Shown here one piece after another: positions 27,499 through 34,533 of a stretch of 42,798 bases of DNA. Each line of letters starts with the position of its first letter. The first letter of the stretch is position 1. Where the stretch lies: positions 1-42,798 of the IMG/VR virus record IMGVR_UViG_3300033143_001582, one strand, 5' to 3'. The DNA is from a virus (taxonomy: Duplodnaviria; Caudoviricetes). Below the pieces are notes generated by a model that was given only the letters and a program-made list of their open reading frames with translations, was not told where the DNA came from and did no database searches. Position numbers and translations under genes: made by a program.

Positions 27499-27905
27499 TA
27501 TCAAACGAATTCTTAAAAGAAAATAATGAAGAAACAAGTATTCGCGACTTGGAAGGCGCGACTAATAAATTAATTAATGATGCCCGCGAGATAATGCAGG
27601 AAAAAGGTTGGGCTTATAAAGCCACACACAAAAAAAGTGCATTGGGGCAGTGGGTTTGGACTAAAGACGATGCTCAGATTGCACTAGTTGGCTGGCATGG
27701 CTTACAACCTGAAAAGTGGGGTGGTGGCAGAGTAATACATGATTTGTATTATTCAATAGATTATATAGTTAAATTTCAAACTACAGCATTTGATACAGAA
27801 AATGATATAGTTGGTGGTTTTCCAGCAGAAGGAATTACTACTGCAACTAAAGCAAAATACGAAAAAGTACTTAATCAGATGTTAGGAATTTTTAACAGAC
27901 TGTGA
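27495..27905 (+). CDS. putative internal head protein
   Basis: MISNEFLKE N-terminus. Confidence 0.6.
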   Translation: MISNEFLKENNEETSIRDLEGATNKLINDAREIMQEKGWAYKATHKKSALGQWVWTKDDAQIALVGWHGLQPEKWGGGRVIHDLYYSIDYIVKFQTTAFDTENDIVGGFPAEGITTATKAKYEKVLNQMLGIFNRL

Positions 27906-28144
27906 GAGAACTTATATCCAATTTGTTAACCTTGCCCTACAGGATGATCATGTTGGGAATGGGATATATGATGTGGTGCGATAAATGCAACACAATAGTT
28001 TCCGGAGGCTTTGGCTACAAGGAACACAACGAAAATAAATTTATGTGCGGTGATTGTGCAAATAACAGTAACCGCATTGGAAAGAACAGGGTTAACCTTA
28101 GCAGAGGCGCTGCAAGAGACCCAAACAAAAAGGAGAGTAAATGA
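27902..28144 (+). CDS. small zinc-finger protein
   Basis: CDKC...CGDC; GTGA-coupled. Confidence 0.55.
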   Translation: MRELISNLLTLPYRMIMLGMGYMMWCDKCNTIVSGGFGYKEHNENKFMCGDCANNSNRIGKNRVNLSRGAARDPNKKESK

Positions 28145-28210
28145 ATAACACTATCAAGCCTATCTAGCCCATCTATTAAGCTAGGTGGGCGTAACAAGGA
28201 GGATAGTGTT

Positions 28211-28507
28211 ATGACCGAGAAATACTCTCGTGCTCAGCGTAGAGCTGATAGAGCACGTATAATTTTAAAACGACAGTTTCACTGGGGCTATGGCCACAAG
28301 CAAGAATGGTGGTCGGATAGCAAAAAAGGAGATATTAATTATATGTCTCCGTTGCAAGCAGGCATAGTTGCAAGAACTTCTACTGTATGTAGTTGTTGGA
28401 TGTGCGGAAACCCACGCCACACATTAAGTAACGGTAGTCCGTTAACAATGCAAGAGCAAAGGGCTTACGAAAATTATAGAGATTACGAAGGAGAACGTTA
28501 TGGCTAA
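28211..28507 (+). CDS. Arg-rich protein with CSCWMCGNPR motif
   Basis: AAGGAGG RBS; basic N-terminus and a Cys cluster. Confidence 0.75.
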   Translation: MTEKYSRAQRRADRARIILKRQFHWGYGHKQEWWSDSKKGDINYMSPLQAGIVARTSTVCSCWMCGNPRHTLSNGSPLTMQEQRAYENYRDYEGERYG

Positions 28508-28700
28508 GAAACAACACCCGCAAAAGAAGCGGAGGATTAAAAATCCAGTAGCGCGATGCATGGAGTTAGTTACTCGGCCTGCAACGCACAAAGACAAAAC
28601 GAAGTACAACCGCAAGGATAACAAAGGGTCGCAAGGCCCTTTTTATTTGGCTGCATTTTCGGATAAGTATTTTAATGACAGACTGGTGTATTCTATTTAG
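28500..28700 (+). CDS. ArfA-like small basic protein (putative ribosome rescue factor)
   Basis: KNPVAR...RPATHKDKTKYNRK basic core; intrinsic terminator inside the ORF. Confidence 0.5.
   Translation: MAKKQHPQKKRRIKNPVARCMELVTRPATHKDKTKYNRKDNKGSQGPFYLAAFSDKYFNDRLVYSI
28623..28645 (+). terminator. intrinsic terminator within ORF 28500-28700
   Basis: AAAGGGTC-GCAA-GGCCCTTT hairpin with GNRA loop followed by a T run. Confidence 0.75.
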
Positions 28701-28887
28701 AAATGAAATGACGGGCAACGCATGGTGGCCAGTGGAGCCAGTTAATGCGGAAACATTATTCGAAGATAATACGCAATATAAAATCTGTGGCAAAGTATAT
28801 ACTAAGGATACAACCGTATTTAGAGATGCTCGTTACGAAGCTATACGACAGGCTGTATGGGATTTAATCAATAAAAAAGGACCCTAA
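28675..28887 (+). CDS. hypothetical protein
   Basis: 70 aa ORF ending inside the bidirectional terminator. Confidence 0.5.
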   Translation: MTDWCILFRNEMTGNAWWPVEPVNAETLFEDNTQYKICGKVYTKDTTVFRDARYEAIRQAVWDLINKKGP

Positions 28888-28897
28888 GGTCCTTTTT
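28874..28897. terminator. bidirectional intrinsic terminator
   Basis: AAAAAGGACC-CTAA-GGTCCTTTTT between convergent genes. Confidence 0.85.
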
Positions 28898-28918
28898 GTT
28901 CTACTAATAATCGCGTTT

Positions 28919-29140
28919 CTAGTCTTTCTTCTTTCCTGAATTTACGTAGGCTCCGAACCATGCGGCGCCGGCGCCTATTACTACAGAAATCAATCCTGCT
29001 TGAGCATTGGATGGATTTTCAAGTAACATGAACCACGTAGCTGTTTCGTATACCAACCAAATGTACATACTAATAAACAGACGCGGAAATAAACGTAGAG
29101 CGTCCATACCTTCAGCGATTTTTTTGATTATATCTAACAT
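28919..29140 (-). CDS. putative holin (two transmembrane segments)
   Basis: 73 aa from ATG 29140 with GGGAG RBS; two hydrophobic helices and a basic C-tail; adjacent to spanins. Confidence 0.6.
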   Translation of the reverse strand: MLDIIKKIAEGMDALRLFPRLFISMYIWLVYETATWFMLLENPSNAQAGLISVVIGAGAAWFGAYVNSGKKKD

Positions 29141-29174
29141 GTTGAACTCCCATAAAACATCTAAGTTATATAGG

Positions 29175-29181
29175 TATTTAT
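29175..29181 (-). promoter_or_regulatory. late promoter ATAAATA
   Basis: TATTTAT on the + strand, intergenic, upstream of the holin-like gene. Confidence 0.55.
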
Positions 29182-29192
29182 TTAAATGGGAG

Positions 29193-29570
29193 TTATTTTG
29201 GTGAGTTGTCTTCGTTGTGTTTAGTGTCGCGTTCTTCAACTGCAATGTAATATTTCTTATATGCTTTGATTTGTGATTGCAATTGACGGATAAGTTTACG
29301 TTTGTCTCCATTAGCAAGACCTAGAACTTTGTAACCGTCACCAGTAACTCCAATTAATGCAACTGGAATCCCTTTCTTTTTAAGCTTCGCAAATACTATA
29401 CTGGCATTTGCCTCTGTAATAACAATCCATTTAATGTCATGTGCTTCGTAACCATCAATGTCAGGTAACACAAGTGGAATGCGTTCGATCGGTTTTGCTT
29501 GGATTATGATTGGATCTGTGGTGCAACCAAACAAAAGAAAAACTGCTAGTGCTAATATAACTGTTCTCAT
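29193..29570 (-). CDS. o-spanin (outer-membrane lipoprotein)
   Basis: MRTVILALAVFLLFGC lipobox, Pro-rich segment, C-terminal Y..YY; ATGA-coupled to the i-spanin. Confidence 0.8.
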   Translation of the reverse strand: MRTVILALAVFLLFGCTTDPIIIQAKPIERIPLVLPDIDGYEAHDIKWIVITEANASIVFAKLKKKGIPVALIGVTGDGYKVLGLANGDKRKLIRQLQSQIKAYKKYYIAVEERDTKHNEDNSPK

Positions 29571-30052
29571 CTTCTCTTCCTTGGCGTGTAATTTGGATTT
29601 GCTATTCCTGGACATTCGGAGTTAGCTTTACTTTTCTTAGTTGCGGCTTTCTCATCGTCAGTTAACGGTGATCCGCTTAGTATTTCAAAACATCTCTCAG
29701 CGTCGTTAGAAGCATTTGTAACAATCTTTTCTACTAGATTAGGTTTGCTGTATGCTAGGTAAGCAATGTCGTGTCTAGCCATCTTTCTACGTAGCTTATC
29801 AACTGCTTTACGTGATGCAGCAAATTCAGTATTAACTTCTTTTTGCAATTTACCTGCTAGTTTGGCATCACGTTTGATGACTCTAATTGTTTCTTTCTGG
29901 GTGTCAACTGCTAATTCTAACTTGGCATTGTTGTCTCTAAGAACCTTAATCTCAGCTTGTGACCAATTGTAATACCACAAGCCACCAAGTACAACAGATA
30001 TTATTACTGCGGCAATTGCACCATAAATGTAAATTTTGAATTGATCTAACAT
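29567..30052 (-). CDS. i-spanin (Rz-like)
   Basis: N-terminal transmembrane segment, long coiled coil, KPNLVEKIV and two Cys near the C-terminus. Confidence 0.8.
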   Translation of the reverse strand: MLDQFKIYIYGAIAAVIISVVLGGLWYYNWSQAEIKVLRDNNAKLELAVDTQKETIRVIKRDAKLAGKLQKEVNTEFAASRKAVDKLRRKMARHDIAYLAYSKPNLVEKIVTNASNDAERCFEILSGSPLTDDEKAATKKSKANSECPGIANPNYTPRKRR

Positions 30053-30057
30053 AATTC

Positions 30058-30064
30058 TATTTAT
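30058..30064 (-). promoter_or_regulatory. late promoter ATAAATA, leaderless
   Basis: 5 nt upstream of ATG 30052. Confidence 0.6.
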
Positions 30065-30145
30065 CACAAATGTACGTAGTTAATTAAAATCTACTCGTAT
30101 TATCTATGCTTATATTCGCGTAAATACTTTACTGGAGATATAAAC

Positions 30146-30316
30146 ATGTGGTTACGCATACTAGAAATGATTGAAAAGATAATACTGAAAGTAATTGATA
30201 AAATGAACATTGTAACCATAATGCTGATTTTGGTTTTGCTCGGCATAATGAACCGCGAAGAAGTGTTCATTTGGTTCGCTGCAATTGGTAAAGCATTCAA
30301 AGGATTAATGCCCTAA
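30146..30316 (+). CDS. small membrane protein (56 aa, not in ORF track)
   Basis: GGAG RBS; MWLRILEMIEK...IVTIMLILVLLGIM. Confidence 0.6.
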   Translation: MWLRILEMIEKIILKVIDKMNIVTIMLILVLLGIMNREEVFIWFAAIGKAFKGLMP

Positions 30317-30320
30317 CCTG

Positions 30321-30349
30321 TAGACACGTTCGTCCGATCGTGTTATTAT
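30321..30349 (+). promoter_or_regulatory. sigma70-type promoter upstream of ncRNA array
   Basis: TAGACA 30321-30326, 17 bp spacer, TGn-TATTAT 30344-30349. Confidence 0.65.
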
Positions 30350-30361
30350 ATAACTGTTATA

Positions 30362-30450
30362 CATTTGTGTGCCCGATATGCCTATATTGTGGAGACAAAA
30401 AGGTTTGGGTTGTTTACCCATTCCAAGTACCCGGTTAAGACACACAAATG
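30362..30450 (+). ncRNA. putative structured RNA 1
   Basis: Perfect 10-bp closing stem CATTTGTGTG/CACACAAATG; internal hairpins CGATAT/ATATTG and TGGGT/ACCCA. Confidence 0.6.
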
Positions 30451-30489
30451 ATAGTCTGTGGACAAATAACGCGAGCAGTGGAGCAAAGA

Positions 30490-30572
30490 CCCTTGAGCTT
30501 TGAAGCTGTAACCGTGCCGTAAGGATTGGGGAAGAACGAAGCCGGTTCCGACGTGGCTCAAACCAGCAAGGG
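30490..30572 (+). ncRNA. putative structured RNA 2 (boundaries uncertain)
   Basis: CCCTTG/CAAGGG closing stem; AGCTT/AAGCT, CC-GTAA-GG and AGCC/GGCT internal pairings. Confidence 0.4.
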
Positions 30573-30586
30573 GGTGGAAGGCCTTC

Positions 30587-30593
30587 ATAAATA
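30587..30593 (+). promoter_or_regulatory. late promoter ATAAATA inside ncRNA array
   Basis: CATAAATAC, ending 5 nt before element 3. Confidence 0.45.
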
Positions 30594-30598
30594 CTTTT

Positions 30599-30702
30599 TA
30601 AGTACCTTTAAAGCTGGCGTCAGATTATGGCGTTTATCGACAAACGGCCTGGGGTGGTGACCGCTTTTCGGAGACTCCGATAGCATCTCCATAAGGTACT
30701 TA
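30599..30702 (+). ncRNA. putative structured RNA 3
   Basis: Perfect 10-bp closing stem TAAGTACCTT/AAGGTACTTA; hairpins CGTTT/AAACG and TCGGA/TCCGA. Confidence 0.6.
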
Positions 30703-30705
30703 GAG

Positions 30706-30834
30706 TTAGATACTTTAAAACCTAGCGCGTAAGCGTTTAGACAAATGGGTTTTCGAGGAGGTACCTCAGGCTAAGCGGCAGGCGTTGGTAGCGTAGCACA
30801 AAAACGCAAAGCTAACAAACCGTTAAGTATCTAA
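30706..30834 (+). ncRNA. putative structured RNA 4
   Basis: Perfect 10-bp closing stem TTAGATACTT/AAGTATCTAA; AAAACC/GGTTTT arm with CGC-GTAA-GCG, GAGG/CCTC, and nested GCGG/CCGT, GTTGGT/GCTAAC, GCGT/ACGC. Confidence 0.6.
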
Positions 30835-30848
30835 GCAAGTGACCTCAA

Positions 30849-30939
30849 GGCAGATCGCGAGGCGCCTACCGTAGGACGATGTCCTTCTCTTCGGAGTGGT
30901 AAGGGTTGTATGCGTGACGACTATAGATGAAAGTCTGCC
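30849..30939 (+). ncRNA. putative structured RNA 5
   Basis: GGCAGA/TCTGCC closing stem; CTC-TTCG-GAG tetraloop inside CCTT/AAGG. Confidence 0.5.
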
Positions 30940-30957
30940 AATTATTTTTGGAATGTT

Positions 30958-31284
30958 ATGATAACCGATATATTGATTTTAGTTTGGCTTCATTTTGTTG
31001 CTGACTTTATACTACAAACAGACAAGATGGCAAACAACAAATCAACCAGCGAGAAATGGTTATTGTTCCATGTCGTTATCTACACCTTGCCATTCTTTTT
31101 GTTTGGATGGTATTTTGCAGTAGCTAACGGAGTACTACATTTTATAACAGACTACTTCACGTCAAAGGCAACTTCATACCTTTGGAAGAAAGAGAAGAAG
31201 CACTGGTTCTTTGTAGTAATCGGACTTGATCAGGCTATTCATATTTCAACCTTGCTGATCACATATAATTTAATTGTTGTCTAA
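30958..31284 (+). CDS. DUF3307-family membrane protein
   Basis: HFVADFILQT, HVVIY, HFITDY, GLDQAIH. Confidence 0.85.
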   Translation: MITDILILVWLHFVADFILQTDKMANNKSTSEKWLLFHVVIYTLPFFLFGWYFAVANGVLHFITDYFTSKATSYLWKKEKKHWFFVVIGLDQAIHISTLLITYNLIVV

Positions 31285-31595
31285 TGAAAGAAAATACAGA
31301 AGAAATGCTCCAGCGCATTGCAGAAATAGAATCTCTGTGCAGAGAGCAAGAAAAGTTATTAAATAATTTAATCGAGTACCTTGAGCGCACGGATGACAAA
31401 TTTAAAATTGATCCAGGAAACTTTTTTAGCTGGGGCGATCAGTTAGAGACATTGCGTCGTGAAGAACTTGTACAAAAAGATATACAGAAAGCCAAGCATT
31501 TTCTTCAAGGTCACAATTATATTGTAGCAGCAGACGCAAACGATATAGACGCACAGAAACTTAGACAATGGTTAACTAGTAAAAATAATGATTAA
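31284..31595 (+). CDS. hypothetical protein
   Basis: TAATG-coupled; coiled-coil N-terminus. Confidence 0.6.
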   Translation: MKENTEEMLQRIAEIESLCREQEKLLNNLIEYLERTDDKFKIDPGNFFSWGDQLETLRREELVQKDIQKAKHFLQGHNYIVAADANDIDAQKLRQWLTSKNND

Positions 31596-31845
31596 AACTT
31601 TAATCAAAGGTCCGACTCTAATAGAACCACCCAAACCAAAGCCGTATTATTCGTGTGACGAATGTACGCATTATGAATCTACTAGAGTAGGACCAGTACA
31701 TTCTAATTCATACTATAAAGTATGCAGGCATCCAGACTTTGAAATGCCAAAGCTATTTAATAACGGTGCGCGTGGTATGCGAGGTACTCCGGGCCGTTCA
31801 ACTAAAACACCACAATGGTGTCTATTTCTAATAGAGGAAAAGTAA
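31588..31845 (+). CDS. small Cys-rich protein
   Basis: CDEC...CRHP...TPQWC. Confidence 0.65.
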   Translation: MIKTLIKGPTLIEPPKPKPYYSCDECTHYESTRVGPVHSNSYYKVCRHPDFEMPKLFNNGARGMRGTPGRSTKTPQWCLFLIEEK

Positions 31846-31846
31846 A

Positions 31847-32170
31847 ATGACATAGAAAAAATTTTGTTCATGTAAAGACTCATCAATCGTTTATTGTGTA
31901 GTTAACCCAGATACCAATCGTGTACACAGGGCTACATTTTCCAAATCAATTGCCGAACTTATAGTAGAAAAAACTACAGGTTGCGAAGTGCGAGAAGCGC
32001 ATTTTATTAGAGGCAGACGTTTAGAACCCGGAGAAGAATCAAACGGTATATATGGGGTCGTTGCTACGGGCAAGGACTTAGTTCTAAGAGTTCCTTTAAG
32101 AAAAGAGCTTGCAGAAATATATACTTGTGATGATAGCAGACATATCGAAGAAATTTTTCTCGCATTTTAA
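31847..32170 (+). CDS. hypothetical two-repeat protein with in-frame TAG at codon 3
   Basis: GAGGA RBS then ATG ACA TAG, followed by an open frame continuous with the 31988-32170 ORF; internal duplication spans both parts. Confidence 0.55.
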
Positions 32171-32178
32171 TAAACGCT

Positions 32179-32397
32179 TTGTTAAAAAAGATCAAACAAT
32201 TCTTTAGTCGCAAGAAAAGTCCTGAGTCTATAGAGATGTGGGATAAGTTATCTGATGAATATACCGGTGACCCTGAATTTCATCCTAGTTTGAATATGGA
32301 CACCGCCCGAATGCATAAAATGACCCCCGACGAGATAGAGGCTTATCTCTTAGATCTAATGGTTAGGCGTAGAGAAGCGCATAATAGAGGCCTATGA
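32179..32397 (+). CDS. hypothetical protein
   Basis: TTG start; ATGA-coupled to the next gene. Confidence 0.6.
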   Translation: MLKKIKQFFSRKKSPESIEMWDKLSDEYTGDPEFHPSLNMDTARMHKMTPDEIEAYLLDLMVRRREAHNRGL

Positions 32398-33398
32398 AAC
32401 ATTTCTGTGTAGCACCGTGGTTCCATCAATCCATTACTATTAGACCTTTCCGTCAACCCGATGAGTTTTGTTGCTGGGCCCGCGATCATGCCGGTAAAGA
32501 TGTCTCCCGAAAAACCACACAGGACAAAATGTTAAACGACGAACGTCCATCTGAATGTCAAAAGTGTTGGGATGCTGAGGATAGCGGTGTAAAAAGTCGC
32601 AGACAACAAGAAAACACATTGCTCGATCATCTATTAGACTTAGATATAAAGAATATAGAAAACCGCGTCCACAATGGACAAGACGAAATACTAGTCCATC
32701 AGGTTAGACTAAACAATATATGTAACGGTACTTGTGTTATGTGTAACTCAGATGCAAGTTCGGCTTGGGGTAAGCTAGAGAAGCGAGCTGGGCTAATACC
32801 AACGAAAACATTTGATCATTCACCTGACTTTGTTGATAGCATAATAAATTATAATACTGTTAGAGCGATAGAACTACTCGGCGGTGAGCCATTATTAAGC
32901 GATACGGCGTTCCACATCTTTACCCAATTAATTGAACATAATAATACAGATTGTTTTATTAGTATAGTAACAAATGGCTCTATTAGTATCACAGACAAAT
33001 ATAAAGAAATATTATCACAGTTTAGCAGACTATCCATTACTGTGAGCATAGATGCTATAGGCAAACCGTTTGAATACTTACGTTTCCCACTTAAATGGGA
33101 TCTTGTAAGTTCAAATATTAACGAGTATAAAGAAATATGCAACGATGTTAACATATCATGCACCGTAACAAACATGAGCGCAGGCTATTTAGATTCAACG
33201 ATAGCATGGTTCAATGAAAACAACCTAAATTATTTCCTTCATAATGTTATTAAGCCTGAGTACATGGCGCCAGACGTACAGCCTGGACACAAACTGTGGC
33301 CTACGTTTGCAGAAGGAATTAAAAAGCAAGATGCGCTCAAAGGAATAAGCATGAAAGACTACCTGCCAGATATGTGGGAGCAGGTCCAAAACTCATAA
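32394..33398 (+). CDS. radical SAM protein with N-terminal twitch/SPASM-like Cys cluster
   Basis: CNGTCVMC (CxxxCxxC), GGEPLL, TNGS, SIDAIG; N-terminal C..PW, CC, CQKCW. Confidence 0.88.
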   Translation: MKHFCVAPWFHQSITIRPFRQPDEFCCWARDHAGKDVSRKTTQDKMLNDERPSECQKCWDAEDSGVKSRRQQENTLLDHLLDLDIKNIENRVHNGQDEILVHQVRLNNICNGTCVMCNSDASSAWGKLEKRAGLIPTKTFDHSPDFVDSIINYNTVRAIELLGGEPLLSDTAFHIFTQLIEHNNTDCFISIVTNGSISITDKYKEILSQFSRLSITVSIDAIGKPFEYLRFPLKWDLVSSNINEYKEICNDVNISCTVTNMSAGYLDSTIAWFNENNLNYFLHNVIKPEYMAPDVQPGHKLWPTFAEGIKKQDALKGISMKDYLPDMWEQVQNS

Positions 33399-33401
33399 AT
33401 A
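33395..33401 (+). promoter_or_regulatory. late promoter ATAAATA, leaderless
   Basis: ACTCATAAATAC, with ATG at 33407. Confidence 0.65.
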
Positions 33402-33406
33402 CATCT

Positions 33407-34114
33407 ATGCGTATAGATGAACTCACAGCCCAAGATCAAATGTCACTAAACATGACTAAGTGGAAATCAGTTGCCCAGGTCCAAAAATTCTTAAAATCAA
33501 ACGGTTTTAAACAATTAGGTGCTGGACAATTTTCACAGGCATGGACAGCACCGGGCGAAAATACAGTTGTTAAAATCTCAACCCAAGAAGATGTGTGCTG
33601 GCTACGCTTCGCTAAGTGGGTACGCAAACAAGCATCCAATAAGCATCTCCCAAAGATACATAGCATCCGCACCTATAATACAAAGGACGGCGAACTATTT
33701 GTGTCACGCATTGAGAAGCTAGAAGAAGTAGATGATTACTTTTTCGAGATTGAACAGTTACTAACCAAAGAGAAAGATCCAAGTAAGGTTGCTGAGATGT
33801 TATGGGTACGTACACTCGACTACGACAATCCGCGCCACATATTACAAGACATGTCAGTTATTGAACCTATGTTGAAGTCACCATTACGAAAGAATCCAAA
33901 GTTCAAAGGTATTAGCATCGGGCATCTAATATTGCGTATCATGCAAGAGTACACAACAACCAGTCCACTTATTAAAACAGTTCGCAAAGCATCCAAAGAA
34001 GTCTTACAAGACAGAAGATGCTTTGCAGATTTGCATAGTGGAAACATTATGAAACGCCGTGATGGAACAATTGTAATCGTCGATCCGGCTGCAATGTACG
34101 AGACTACAAAATGA
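33407..34114 (+). CDS. Ser/Thr protein kinase-like protein (T7 gp0.7-like fold)
   Basis: LGAGQFSQAW Gly loop, VVKI, HLPKIH, IEKL, DLHSGNIM catalytic loop, IVDP. Confidence 0.85.
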   Translation: MRIDELTAQDQMSLNMTKWKSVAQVQKFLKSNGFKQLGAGQFSQAWTAPGENTVVKISTQEDVCWLRFAKWVRKQASNKHLPKIHSIRTYNTKDGELFVSRIEKLEEVDDYFFEIEQLLTKEKDPSKVAEMLWVRTLDYDNPRHILQDMSVIEPMLKSPLRKNPKFKGISIGHLILRIMQEYTTTSPLIKTVRKASKEVLQDRRCFADLHSGNIMKRRDGTIVIVDPAAMYETTK

Positions 34115-34533
34115 GATCACAAGAATTTATTACCGAAGAGGTAATGCATCCGGAATGGGATTCACTGATTGATAATCCGTTTGACAAATCAATGGTTCGG
34201 CTGCCAGTCTATCACGCAACCGATTCGGAATTCAGTAAATTTGAAAGAAACTCACATGGAATTTTTGTATCACAACACTATGATTATGCTGAAGCACATT
34301 ACGGTTCAAAAGTTATACCACTTTATATCGATATACGCAAACCAATGAACGGTGGTCACGATTCCCCGTACATTGATGCAGCGTTTGATCGCGATTACAA
34401 AAATTTAGCATTGTGGCTTGACAAGTTTGCTAAGGAGGGTTATGATTGCGCGGTGATGTACGGCGATGGGGATAGCCTAATTTTAATCGGTGATGTACCA
34501 ATGGTACATGCTGTTACTGGAAAGGAAATGTAA
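34111..34533 (+). CDS. ADP-ribosyltransferase-like (ART-PolyVal-type) domain protein with capsid-targeting N-terminus
   Basis: MRSQEFITE; VYHAT...F..F, GIFVS....YA..Y, VIPLYI.IRKP, GYD. Confidence 0.65.
   Translation: MRSQEFITEEVMHPEWDSLIDNPFDKSMVRLPVYHATDSEFSKFERNSHGIFVSQHYDYAEAHYGSKVIPLYIDIRKPMNGGHDSPYIDAAFDRDYKNLALWLDKFAKEGYDCAVMYGDGDSLILIGDVPMVHAVTGKEM

Noticed and set aside
30382-30588. 68-aa minus-strand ORF inside the ncRNA region
   Set aside because: No RBS, atypical composition, and it opposes the + strand promoter and RNA structure signals.
30362-30940. CRISPR array, tmRNA, tRNA cluster, MITEs or intron as explanation of the non-coding region
   Set aside because: There are no direct repeats with spacers, no cloverleaf or canonical T arm, no tmRNA ends or tag ORF and no interrupted host gene. 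The inverted repeats differ between units and show no target-site duplications. A known Rfam family cannot be excluded without a search.
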